Below are positions 8,014-18,019 of a DNA stretch of 28,300 nucleotides, one piece after another. Positions within the stretch are counted from its first letter, which is position 1, and each line of letters starts with the position of its first letter. The notes below the pieces were generated by a model, which was given only the letters and a program-made list of their open reading frames with translations, had not been told where the DNA came from and did not search any database. Location of the stretch: contig DAOMYL010000012.1 of assembly GCA_035437565.1 (NCBI GenBank), positions 1 through 28,300 on the forward strand, given 5' to 3'. The position numbers and the translations under genes are program-made. Source of the stretch: a bacterium. GTDB lineage: Bacteria; Patescibacteriota; Gracilibacteria; BD1-5; UBA2023.

Positions 8014-10745
8014 CCGTGGCAGTGCTTGTATTTCTTCCCACTTCCGCATGGACATGGATCATTGCGACCAACGACCGGAGTGCTCGAATCCGGTGCCGGA
8101 ACGGAGGCAGTATCCGCTACGCGGTAGACCCGGATACCGTCGGAGGTGGTTGGCTTACTCGTCTGCGCCATTGCGATTGGGGCGGTGTCTTGCGGAGCTT
8201 CGGCAGTATCGCGGGCGAGTGCAAGACTATCGAGATCTACGTCATTTTCTGCCACGGTCTGTTCGGGTTTCGCGGCGAGTAATCATCGTACGACCTTGAA
8301 GTTGATTTCTCGTAAGAGATCCACGAAAATCGAATATGCGCGGTCCTTGTAAACCAGGAGCGGATTCTTCTGGGCGTATCCCTCGAACGCAACTTCCTGT
8401 CGCAAGCCGGACATACGCTCGATGTGTCCCATCCAGAGAATATCGGTCGACTGGAGAGCGAGACCTTTTTCGAATATGCGGAATCGCTCTTCGCCGAAGA
8501 CCGACGAAAGGGTGGCGATCCTCGTTTCAAAATTCGCGAAAACATGGGCGATAAGCTCTTCCTTGCTGCCGTACGGAGCAAGCTCCTCGGTTCCCACGAG
8601 GTCCGTTCCCGCAAATTCACGCAGCGTATTGACAAGCGATACTAGATCCCATTCATCGGGATGCGGGGATTCAATTTCCACATCCACGATTGTTGTTATC
8701 TCGCCCTTCGCAGCCGAAAGAATCTCCTCATGGATGGAGTCGGATTCCAAGAACCGCCTGCGCCGAGCGTAGATTATGAGACGATGCTGATTGAGCACAT
8801 CATCAAACTCAAGAATGTGCTTGCGAATATCGAAGTTGCGGCCCTCCACCTGCTTCTGTACTGAGTCAATGCGACGGGTGAGCATGCGACTCTCTGCGAG
8901 TGGTTCATCATCCGGGAGGCTCGTGAACGAATTGAATATCCCAAAGAGCTTGTCACCCCCGAAGATTCGCATGATATCATCCGTTGGAGATACCATGAAT
9001 TGAGACATTCCAGGGTCGCCTTGGCGGCCGGATCGTCCACGCAATTGGTTGTCGATGCGGCGGGTCTCGTGTTTTTCTGTCCCGATGACCCAGAGTCCGC
9101 CAAGAGGAAACTCGTTACCAGCTACGGTAATGGATCCTGAGAGTGAGCGAACATGGTCGTCAATCTTGATATCGGTTCCGCGACCGGCCATGTTCGTGGC
9201 GATGGTGACGGCTCCTGTGAGACCCGCGCGACCAATGATCTCAGCTTCGCGCGCATCCTGTTTGGCATTGAGTACCTCGTGTGGCACACCTGCTCTCGAG
9301 AGGAGTCCGCTCAGGTACTCGGACTTTGCTACCGATACAGTCCCTACAAGGACTGGTTGTCCCGCTTCGTGCGCTGCCTTAATGAGCTTACCGAGAAATT
9401 CGAATTTTCCCTTCTCATTCTTGAAGAGCAAATCTCCTCGGTCGATACGCGCGATGGAACGGTTCGTTGGTACGACTACCACCTCGAGTCCGTAGATCCG
9501 AAAAAACTCTTCTTCTTCGGTCTTGGCTGTACCAGTCATTCCGGCGAGCTTGTCGTAGAGGCGGAAAAGGTTTTGGAACGTGATTGATGCAAGTGTCTTG
9601 GATTCTTGCTTGATCTCCACCGCTTCCTTGGCCTCTATGGCTTGGTGGAGGCCATCCGAGTAGCGGCGACCGGAGAGGACGCGACCAGTATGCTCATCGA
9701 TGATCATCACTTCGCCATCGCGTACAAGATAGTCTACATCGAGCTTGTAGGCATAGCTTGCCTTCAGAGCATTCTCAATGTGATGAATGTCGTTGTAGTG
9801 GTCCGAGACGAAAATGTTTTCGATTCCGAGGACCCGCTCAAGCTCGCGAATACCGTCCTCGAGCAGGATTACGTTCTTGTGTTTCTCATCGAGCTTATAG
9901 TGGGTACCGACCTGGAGCTGCTTGGCGAGTGCTGCGAACTTCACGTACTTGGTCGTTGGCTCCTCGTCTGGTGCGGAGATGATGAGCGGCGTACGAGCCT
10001 CGTCCACCAGGATCGAGTCCACTTCGTCCACGATAGCGTAGGAGAGATTTCCGAGCACCTGAAATTCCCGCTTGGGTGCCATGTTATCCCGGAGGTAGTC
10101 GAATCCGAGTTCGTTATTGGTGACATACACCACATCCTTGGCATAGGCTTCTTTTTTCTGTGGGAGACGCTCCGAATGCGTCACGATCCCGACTGAGAGA
10201 CCGAGAGTTTGATAAATAATTCCCATCTCAGAAGCGTCACGGCGGGCAAGGTAGTCGTTTACCGTCACCACGTGCACGCTCTCTCCTGCGAGCGCGTTCG
10301 CGTAGGCCGCAATGGTTGCTACGAGTGTCTTTCCCTCTCCGGTGCGCATCTCAGCGATATTGCCATCGTTGAGAGCGAGCGCGCCGAGTATCTGCACATC
10401 GAACGGCACCATATTCCACACGAACGGGGTGTCACGTCCGGGAATTTCGAACGACTGACCAGCAATTATGCGGCACGCAGTCCGGTGTAGCGCAAAAGCC
10501 TCGACAATCACGGAATCAACGAGTTCTTTGCGTCGCTTCTTGCGGAGGTCACGATCGGCGATATCCGCAAGCTCTGTAAACCGTCCGCGCAAGCGATTTG
10601 TCTCAGCGCGCACGTCATCGACCGTGCGGATGGTCTGTGCGTAATGCTCTTCCTGGGCTATAATCGACTCCAGAGTGCGACGGTAGCGGGCAAGAATTTT
10701 CTCGTTTGGGTCGCCGAATATGACTCGGTAAATCGTCTGAAGCAT
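8001..10745 (-). CDS. secA: Preprotein translocase ATPase SecA; 2 UGA sense codons in the C-terminal tail
   Basis: ATG 10745, TAA 8003..8001, 915 codons. In-frame TGAs at 8283-8285 and 8010-8012. It has the Walker [12 protein letters not shown] and [19 protein letters not shown]. The separate 81-aa track ORF 8010..8255 is in the same frame and carries the SecA zinc-binding tail [14 protein letters not shown]. Confidence 0.92.
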
Positions 10746-10760
10746 CGTGGTTTTAGGGTA

Positions 10761-12065
10761 TTACGCGAAGAACGTGTCAACAACCTTCTTGTAGCCGAGA
10801 CGCGCCCGCATATCTTCGTAGTGCTGGTCTCCCGGAACGAGCTTCTCAATGAGTCGCTTGCGGACCTCCGCGTTGGAATAATCTTCGAGCAGAGTCTTCA
10901 CCTCGGCGTCCACCTCGGCATCGGAGACTACGGTCTTGCGGTCAGCCTGGAGATGCTTGAGAATGAGCTCTGCCTTGAGGCGACGCTCTGCTTCTGGCTT
11001 GATTGCCTCCTCGCGGTAGACCTCTTCGGTCTTGCCGATGTGGGCGAGGTAACTCTCCATGCGCAAGTTCTGGGACTGAAGACGGGAAGCTTGCTCGCGG
11101 TAGAGCTTATCGATCTCAAGCTCCATGAGCTTCGGCCCGATCTCTACGGTCATATGCTTGAGAAGCTCATCGAGAAGTGCCTCCTCGTCTTTGGATCGTG
11201 CGGTACGCTCGCGCTCAGCGAGGATCTCGCCCTTCAAGATAGCGCGGAGACCCTCCATATCGGTCTTCTTGCCGCGAAGCCCCTCAATGAACTCAGGTGT
11301 CCATTCGGGCCCCTGCGGAGCTTCTACGCTATGAACCGTGACCTCGAAGTAGACCTTTCGTCCCTTGAATTCATCGCTATGATAGTCTTTGGGGAACGTA
11401 ATGGGAAATCCAATCGTCTCATCGGACGAGTGTCCGGCAACAGCTTCCTCGAATCCTGGAATGAACTGTCCGCTTCCGAGGGTGAGCGAGTATCCGCGAA
11501 CCTGCGTCTCGGGAATCGCCTTGCCACCCTTCTTGTCGTATCCTTGCGCATCGATCTCTACACGATCTCACATCTCAATCTTCACAGGGGATCCCTCCTT
11601 GGCGGTGAATTTCGTGAATCGTCCTTCGATAGCCTTCACGGCAGCATCGACATCTTCATCGGATACCGATACCTCGGTCCGATCGAGCTTGATCTTCGCA
11701 ACCTTCTTCTCGTCCATCGAGACTTCCGGAAGCACCTCTACTTCGAAGATTGCCTCAAGTGGGGAAAAAGTTTTCACCTCCTTGATTTCTCCGGCGGACA
11801 CGGGAGTGATTCCAGACTTCGAGATAATCTTGGAGTAGGCGTCATTGAGGTAGGCCTCTACTGCCTGTCCTTCAATGAATCCAGCGGAGTATTCGCGCTC
11901 AATGACATCGGCCGGTACCTCTGACCCAGGACGAAATCCCTTGATCTTGGCATGTTTTCCGATCTCTGCAATGGTCTTGTCACGCCATTTGGCCATTTCT
12001 TTCGCGCTCTCCTTCACAGTAATGGAGACGGTGTTCGATGAACTTTTCTCGACGATGATCTGCAT
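10761..12065 (-). CDS. tig: Trigger factor; 1 UGA sense codon
   Basis: ATG 12065..12063, TAA 10763..10761, 435 codons. In-frame TGA at 11568-11570. The N-domain has KIKGFRPGSEVP (GFRxGxxP ribosome-binding box). The read-through segment ..KIEM[G*]DRVEIDAQGYDKKGGKAI..LTLGSGQFIPGFEEAVAGH is the FKBP-type PPIase domain. The C-domain is the track ORF 10761..11258. Confidence 0.9.
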
Positions 12066-12096
12066 GGGACTCGTTTTTTTTAGGAAAAGAGAGCAT

Positions 12097-12123
12097 ATTA
12101 TATGGAAAAATTCGGCATTACAA
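12097..12123 (-). promoter_or_regulatory. Putative promoter upstream of tig
   Basis: On the - strand, TTGTAA (12123..12118) is followed by TATAAT (12102..12097) after 15 nt, or by TAATAT after 17 nt, about 30 nt before ATG 12065. This is a motif-level call. The -35 overlaps the stop codon of the upstream gene. Confidence 0.3.
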
Positions 12124-12894
12124 GCCGTCTTCCTCCTTTTTTCCGAACCGAACAAGTTCGCGCTCGGCTCGGCGAACATCCCCGAGTTCTTCCTCTTCTA
12201 TCCGGGCGAATATATCACCAATCGGATCGATCCCGATCTGTCGATAGAGGAAAGAATATACCGCTTCGAACAGGAGTCGGACGAGCGTCATGACCCCGAT
12301 GATCGCTACGGGGAGTCCGAGGAGGCTGTAGATGGCGCGCGATGATTCTGGTGCGCTGAAAAAGTACACAGCCGTAATGACAACACTCGCAAAGAGGCCA
12401 AGAAATGATCCGTAGACTCCAAGGAGGACATATCGGTAATTGGAGACGATCTCAAGCACGAGGCTCGCACCGAAAACCGAGAGCGTGACATGAACAGCAA
12501 AGACCAAGAGAATCTGATCCGGAGCAATGACGCCAACCGCTAGATATAGTGGTGTGACGCACGCATATGAAAAAATACAAAAGAGCAGGATCTGCCCGAA
12601 CCCGAGTCCAGCTCCCCGGTACTTATCCGGAAAGAGCATCCGCATGAAGACAAAATACGTGGAGACCGAGAGTACGATCGAGAAGAATGCGACGAGCGAG
12701 AGCAGATAGGGATAAACTCCCGTCCCCGCCATTTTTGTCATACCCACGAATACATAGCTCGCCACGAAGGATAGGAGCCCACCGAAGAATCCGGCAATAA
12801 TACCGGCGAGAGTCCCGAGTCCGACCGAGACCATATCCACCTCCGCAGGACCGATCCGATCCTCGAGGGGGCGACTATTTGGCTGTTCGTTCAT
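12118..12894 (-). CDS. Polytopic membrane protein of unknown function
   Basis: Track ORF, 258 aa, TAA stop. By eye there are about 6-7 hydrophobic segments (e.g. VSVGLGTLAGIIAGFFGGLLSFVASYVFVG, YPYLLSLVAFFSIVLSVSTYFVF, ILLFCIFSYACVTPLYLAVGVIA). The C-terminal tail is charged (EEEELGDVRRAERELVRFGKKEEDGL). I did not recognise a family motif. The start overlaps the lspA 3' end by 20 nt. Confidence 0.6.
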   Translation of the reverse strand: MNEQPNSRPLEDRIGPAEVDMVSVGLGTLAGIIAGFFGGLLSFVASYVFVGMTKMAGTGVYPYLLSLVAFFSIVLSVSTYFVFMRMLFPDKYRGAGLGFGQILLFCIFSYACVTPLYLAVGVIAPDQILLVFAVHVTLSVFGASLVLEIVSNYRYVLLGVYGSFLGLFASVVITAVYFFSAPESSRAIYSLLGLPVAIIGVMTLVRLLFEAVYSFLYRQIGIDPIGDIFARIEEEELGDVRRAERELVRFGKKEEDGL

Positions 12895-13318
12895 TCCAGG
12901 CGAGGATTAGGAGAATAAGCACGCCGATCGAGATGGCCGCATCGGCGATATTGAAGACGGCGAAGTATCGAAGCGAGATGTAATCCACCACATACCCCAC
13001 GAAAATACGTTCATACGCATTCGAGATCGCTCCTCCCAAGAGCAGGCCGTACCCGACATGCGTCCATACAGATGGATGTGGTCGCGCATAGCGGAAATAA
13101 TACCCGAGAATGGCGAGAATCAAAACGATCGTGACGACCGAAAGAAGTACGCCCTCGAGCGGAAAAGAGAATGCGATCCCGGTATTCTCGGCGTATTTGA
13201 TCCCCACCCAGTACCAATCCAATATTTCTCTCGGAGCATCAGCGAAGAATCCGAGCCGGATCCACTGCGCGAAAATCCCAACAAGAAGAGCGGTAATGGA
13301 GAGGGCTACAAGTGGCAT
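12875..13318 (-). CDS. lspA: Lipoprotein signal peptidase (signal peptidase II)
   Basis: Track ORF, 147 aa, TAG stop. It has the NTGIAFSF box, GGAISNAYERI, VVDYISL and FNIADAAISIGV (the two catalytic Asp regions), plus four hydrophobic segments. Confidence 0.85.
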   Translation of the reverse strand: MPLVALSITALLVGIFAQWIRLGFFADAPREILDWYWVGIKYAENTGIAFSFPLEGVLLSVVTIVLILAILGYYFRYARPHPSVWTHVGYGLLLGGAISNAYERIFVGYVVDYISLRYFAVFNIADAAISIGVLILLILAWNERTAK

Positions 13319-13326
13319 GGAGAGAT

Positions 13327-14535
13327 TTATGAGTGGCGAACGTATGCGAATTTCTTTTTCCCCATCTGCACGAGTATCGAAGCATTCGCCTGAAGAGAGA
13401 TCATCGCATCAATCCGCATTTCTTGGGTATCATTGATCTTCACTCCCCCGCCCTTCACGGCATCTCTCGCTTCACCCGTGGTCTGCGCGAATCCGAGCTC
13501 CTTGAGTAGTACGAGGATCGGGTATGCTGACTGAGGCAGTACGATGGTCTCTACGTCTGACTCCGATGGACGAGATCCCTGCGAGATGACCCGCTCAAAG
13601 TAGTCTCGTGCCTCATCGGCGGATGCTGCATCACAAAAGAGCGAAACCACCGCGTGCGCGAGCTCCATCTTGAGCATACGAGGGTGCTCTCCGGCATAGA
13701 GACGCTCTCGTACCGCATCAACAAATGCCATGTCCACGAGCGTACAATGCTCCCAGTAAACGGGAATCAGGTCATCCGAAATCTCCATCACCTTCACGAA
13801 CATTTCGTTCGGCGGAGTATCGATCGCGATGAAATTCTTTTTGGTTTTACTCATCTTCTGTCCATCCGTCCCGGCGATGAGATTCATCATCACGATATCT
13901 TGTTTTTCTTGTCCGAATGCCTCCTGGAGCGTTCGCCCCGCGAGTAGATTGAAGTACTGATCATTACCGCCGAGCTCCACGTCGGCACGCAGAGCGACGC
14001 TGTCGTACCCCTGCATGAGCGGGTAGAGAAATTCCTGGAGACTTATCCGGACGCCTTCCTTGTAGCGTTTGGAGAAGTTATCCCGATCGAGCATTTCTGC
14101 GACCGAAAAATGCTTAGCAAGCTCTCCGACATCACAGAAATTGAGCTTATCTAGCCCCTCGCTGTTGTAGTAGATTTCGGTCTTTGATGGGTCAATGACG
14201 CGAGAAAATAGCTCCACATAGCGAGCGGCGTTTCGGCGAGTCTCCTCTCGCTGGAGCATGGGGCGTTCCGCATCCTTGTCCGAGCTATCCCCTACTTGAG
14301 CCGTCGCATCTCCGATGAGGAGAATAATATGATGTCCGAGCTCCTGAAATTGCCGGAGTTTGAGAATGGGGACCGCATGCCCGATATGGATAATCGGTGC
14401 GGTCGGGTCGATTCCGAGCTTGATTCGCAGCTGCTTACCGGACGTCAGGCGTTTTCGGAGACTGTCGGCATCGATCACGCGCGAGACCCCCTTGCGGATG
14501 ATTGTGTCGATCTGAGTGTCGGTCGGAGTGAGCAT
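13327..14535 (-). CDS. tyrS: Tyrosine--tRNA ligase
   Basis: Track ORF, 402 aa, TAA stop. It has the class I HIGH motif (PIIHIGHAVP), a KMSKT (KMSKS-type) loop, GGNDQYFNLLAGR, and a C-terminal S4-like RNA-binding end (GEARDAVKGGGVKIND). Confidence 0.88.
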   Translation of the reverse strand: MLTPTDTQIDTIIRKGVSRVIDADSLRKRLTSGKQLRIKLGIDPTAPIIHIGHAVPILKLRQFQELGHHIILLIGDATAQVGDSSDKDAERPMLQREETRRNAARYVELFSRVIDPSKTEIYYNSEGLDKLNFCDVGELAKHFSVAEMLDRDNFSKRYKEGVRISLQEFLYPLMQGYDSVALRADVELGGNDQYFNLLAGRTLQEAFGQEKQDIVMMNLIAGTDGQKMSKTKKNFIAIDTPPNEMFVKVMEISDDLIPVYWEHCTLVDMAFVDAVRERLYAGEHPRMLKMELAHAVVSLFCDAASADEARDYFERVISQGSRPSESDVETIVLPQSAYPILVLLKELGFAQTTGEARDAVKGGGVKINDTQEMRIDAMISLQANASILVQMGKKKFAYVRHS

Positions 14536-14538
14536 GTT

Positions 14539-15198
14539 CTAGGGTTTATGGATAAAGATATTCACGAAGGTATCACCAGAATTCATAGAGGAATATCCGT
14601 GACTGTCTACGGAGAATCATGTCGATCGAAGAGCGGCGAATAGGTCTTCCGGAAGCCAGTAGATATATCGTTTGACAATGCCATCGGACGATCGACTCGG
14701 CTTCTCTACGATCTCTGGAGCATTCACATCGCTGCGGCATTTCACGCTCACATAGGCCGAGCCTCCCGGCCGGAGAAGCCGATACATCGAATGAAATGTT
14801 TTCTCCGCTTGTATCCGATCGATGTGCACGATTGCTGCGCATGCCCAGATCCCATCGAACGATTCCAGAGAAAAGCACTCGTCAGCACGGGCGATGTCGC
14901 CGAGGTGCACATCTGCATACGGGAGACTCTCGCGTGCCCGCACTACCTGTCGGCGGGAAATATCTATACCAGCTACCTCGTACCCGCGAGAATGAAAGTA
15001 CCGCATGTCCCACCCGGAACCGAAACCGAGATCGAGAACACGCCCGTGGAGCGGAATACCGGCAATGAAACGGTCATGATCCTCCGTTCACCGGCGTTCA
15101 CGATACATTGCGGTATTGTCGGCGAAGACATCCGCTGATTCATCGTAGATCGCGGCGATGGCAGCGAGCATCGCATCGCGTTTCGCATCGGTCGTCAT
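14539..15198 (-). CDS. Class I SAM-dependent methyltransferase; 2 UGA sense codons
   Basis: ATG 15198..15196, TAG 14541..14539, 220 codons. In-frame TGAs at 15088-15090 and 14617-14619. The read-through restores the missing motif I, ..RERR[G*]TEDHDRFIAGIPLHGRVLDLGFGSGWDMRYF..GYEVAGIDIS. Post-I/II regions follow, with LRPGGSAYV and a C-terminus ALRST[G*]FSVDSHG. The track shows only 14617..15006. Confidence 0.75.
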
Positions 15199-15213
15199 CG
15201 CGCACGTTCGTGG

Positions 15214-15849
15214 TTAACGGTTTTTAATCACCTTGTCGATAAGACCGTATTTGAGTGCCTGCTCCGGAGTCATGTAATTGTCTCGGTCACAGTCATCACG
15301 TACTTTGTCGATCTTTTGCCCCGTGTGCTTCGCAAGAATTCCATAGAGCGTCTCTCCCGTGCGATGAATGTGCTCCGCGGCGATACGAATATCGGTTGCC
15401 TGCCCCTCTGCCCCACCGAGTGGCTGGTGAATCATGATCTCCGAGTGCGGAAGCGCGAAACGCTTTCCTTTGGTACCTCCGGCGAGGATGATGGATCCCA
15501 TGCTCGCAGCCATCCCCACACACACCGTCTCCACATCGCACTTGAGATTCTGCATCGTATCGTAAATGGCGAGACCCGCGGTCACGTGTCCCCCTGGAGA
15601 GTTCACATAGAGTGTGATCGGTGCAGATGGATCCGCTTTTTCGAGGAAGAGAAGCTGGGCGATAATGGTATTTGCCACGTAGCTGTCGATCGCATCTCCG
15701 AGGAATACGATACGATCCTCGAGCAGGCGGGAATAAATATCGTAGACACGCTCTCCTGTGGGCGTCTTGTCAATGACAGTGGGAATGAACGCGCTCACGA
15801 GTGCGCGAGTCCCGCGACGGCGGATGATTGGTTTTTTCTGTTCGGACAT
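15214..15849 (-). CDS. clpP: ATP-dependent Clp protease proteolytic subunit
   Basis: TAA 15216..15214, with ATG at 15849. The product is ..[48 protein letters not shown] (Ser)..IMIHQPLGG (His). An alternative GTG start at 15798 would give a canonical-length N-terminus. The track ORF 15214..16227 over-extends into prfA. Confidence 0.9.
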   Translation of the reverse strand: MSEQKKPIIRRRGTRALVSAFIPTVIDKTPTGERVYDIYSRLLEDRIVFLGDAIDSYVANTIIAQLLFLEKADPSAPITLYVNSPGGHVTAGLAIYDTMQNLKCDVETVCVGMAASMGSIILAGGTKGKRFALPHSEIMIHQPLGGAEGQATDIRIAAEHIHRTGETLYGILAKHTGQKIDKVRDDCDRDNYMTPEQALKYGLIDKVIKNR

Positions 15850-15875
15850 AGCGGATGATAGTAAGCGAAGAAACG

Positions 15876-15903
15876 AATATAGCGTATGCGGCAGGAAAAT
15901 CAA
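15876..15903 (-). promoter_or_regulatory. Putative promoter upstream of clpP
   Basis: On the - strand: TTGATT (15903..15898), a 16-nt spacer, TATATT (15881..15876). It lies in the 56-nt gap between prfA and clpP. This is a motif-level call. Confidence 0.3.
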
Positions 15904-15905
15904 GC

Positions 15906-16988
15906 CTAGGAAACCGATCCCTCGGCAGCCCGCTGGAGCTTTTCCGTCTGATCGGCAACGGCGAGCGATTCCACGATATCTGCGAGATCTCCGGCCATAC
16001 GGACCGGAATATTGGAGAAATTCGCGCCGATCCGGTGGTCGGTGATACGATCCTGCGGAAAATTGTATGTGCGGATCTTCTCGCTGCGGTCTCCGGTCCC
16101 CACCTGCGCGAGACGGTTCGCACCGATCTCGGCTTGCTGCTTGGCGAGCTCGAGAGCATAGACACGGGACTTCAGAATCATGAGGGCCTTTTGTTTGTTT
16201 TGGATCTGGCTTCGGCCGTCCTGACACTCCACCACAACGCCACTCGGGAGGTGGACCATTCGCACGGCGGAGTTCGTTTTGTTGACGTGCTGTCCTCCAG
16301 CCCCGGATGCTCGGGCGACCGTAATCTCGAGATCCTCTTCGCGGATTTCTACCTCCACATCTTCTACCTCTGGTAGGATTGCCACTGTAATGGTACTCGT
16401 ATGGACGCGCCCTTTGCTCTCAGTCTCGGGCACGCGCTGTACACGATGGGTCCCGGATTCGTATTTGAATCGCGAGTATGCCCCGTCTCCACTGATTTTG
16501 GCGACCACTTCCTTGTATCCGCCAGATTCGCTCTCGGATTCATCAAGCGTCTCTACCGAAAACCCCGATGCCTTGGCGAATATGACATAGGCATCGAAGA
16601 GCTCTCGAGCGAAGAGAGCAGCCTCTTCCCCTCCCGCTCCGGCACGGACCTCGAGGATGATGTTTTTATCATCGTTCTCGTCTTTCGGCAAGAGCGCGAT
16701 CTTGATGTCTTCTTCCAACTGCTCGATCCGCGGTAGGAGAGCGTGCATCTCTTCCCGGGCAAGCTCCAGCATCTCCGGGTCAGATTCTGTTTCGATGATG
16801 GACTTACTCTCCGTGAGGTCTTTATTGGCGGTCTTGTACTCGCGGTAGAGTGTTACGACCCGTTCGAGGCGTTTCTTTTTTTTCATCAGGTCTTTCAGGC
16901 GCGAAGTATCGCTGTATACGGCCGGATCGGCGAGATCGTTTTCGTATCGGGCGTACTCATCGAGCAGGGAGTCGAGTTCAAACTTCAT
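15906..16988 (-). CDS. prfA: Peptide chain release factor 1 (UAA/UAG-specific)
   Basis: Track ORF, 360 aa, TAG stop. The RF1-type P-x-T anticodon-like motif [17 protein letters not shown] has PET at 16430..16422. The GGQ motif [11 protein letters not shown] is at 16298..16290. There is no SPF (RF2) motif. Confidence 0.9.
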   Translation of the reverse strand: MKFELDSLLDEYARYENDLADPAVYSDTSRLKDLMKKKKRLERVVTLYREYKTANKDLTESKSIIETESDPEMLELAREEMHALLPRIEQLEEDIKIALLPKDENDDKNIILEVRAGAGGEEAALFARELFDAYVIFAKASGFSVETLDESESESGGYKEVVAKISGDGAYSRFKYESGTHRVQRVPETESKGRVHTSTITVAILPEVEDVEVEIREEDLEITVARASGAGGQHVNKTNSAVRMVHLPSGVVVECQDGRSQIQNKQKALMILKSRVYALELAKQQAEIGANRLAQVGTGDRSEKIRTYNFPQDRITDHRIGANFSNIPVRMAGDLADIVESLAVADQTEKLQRAAEGSVS

Positions 16989-16996
16989 ATCGGGTA

Positions 16997-18019
16997 TTAG
17001 GGGACGATAACGGAATCAAGTACGGCGACGATGATGGATTCGACGCTCACGTCATCGGAGAGTGCATCGAAAGATCGGTGAATACGATGACGGAGAATAT
17101 CGGGAGCAAGTTCTTTAATGTCTTCAGGGATCACGTAATCGCGTCATTCCATGAATGCGAGAACCTTGGCAGCCTGGACGAAGGCGATGCTCGCGCGGGG
17201 GCTCGCCCCAAGATGGATATACGGACGAATCGAAGCAAGCTTTCCCTCCGATCCGAATCGCGTTGATCGCACGATATCAGCAATATAGCTGTACATGGAA
17301 TCGTGGACGAAGACAGTCTCACGGACGAACGTCTGAATTTCGAGGAGCATCTCACGAGAAAGAGCGGGAGCAACCTCTGCAAACGATGGCGTTCATTTCA
17401 TGATTCCAATCTCCTCGTCCTTAGAAGGATAATCCACCACGGTCTTGAAGAGGAATCGATCCTGTTGGGCTTCAGGGAGAGCATAGGTCCCGTCCTGTTC
17501 TATGGGATTTTGTGTCGCGAGCACCACGAATGGCGCATCGAGAGAGTATGTTGTATCAGCGATCGTGACGCGACGTTCTTGCATCGCTTCGAGCAGGGCT
17601 GATTGTACCTTGGCGGGGGCGCGGTTGATCTCGTCTGCAAGAAGAAAATTCGTGAAGATCGGACCCTTTCTCGTCTCAAACATGCCGGTATTTTGCCGGT
17701 AAATCTGCCCGCCGATAATATCGGATGGGAGAAGATCCGGCGTGAATGATACGCGCGCAAACGAACAATCGACCGAGCGCGCGACTGACGAGAGCGCGAG
17801 GGTTTTTCCGAGTCCCGGAACCCCCTCCAGGAGTACGTGCCCTCCAGCAAAGAGCGCGATAAAAACGTTTCGTACTAGACGTTCTTGTCCTACAACGATG
17901 GTTCCAACCGACCGCATCGCGGCGTTTGCCGCTTCGCGGTAGGCATCGTGGCGAGCGGTAATTTCTGGATTTGTCTCTCTCATTGGTGCGTCAGTAAGGA
18001 GGTTAATCGCGTCAGGCAT
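16997..18019 (-). CDS. MoxR-family AAA+ ATPase; 2 UGA sense codons
   Basis: TAA 16999..16997. In-frame TGAs at 17393-17395 and 17144-17146. It has Walker [12 protein letters not shown], Walker [10 protein letters not shown], and [22 protein letters not shown]. After read-through come ..[23 protein letters not shown][G*][21 protein letters not shown]. The start is uncertain: ATG 18019 overlaps the upstream gene by 17 nt, and ATG 17983 or 18028 are alternatives. Confidence 0.85.

Noticed and set aside
15214-16227. The 337-aa track ORF extending clpP upstream
   Set aside because: The upstream 126 residues are R/P/S-rich and overlap prfA out of frame. ClpP homology begins near ATG 15849 (or GTG 15798).
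17996-18002. AAGGAGG on the + strand at the BatD-like/moxR junction, which might mark a + strand gene
   Set aside because: No ATG, GTG or TTG lies within a usable distance downstream on the + strand. The region is fully occupied by two supported - strand genes, so I treat it as coincidental.
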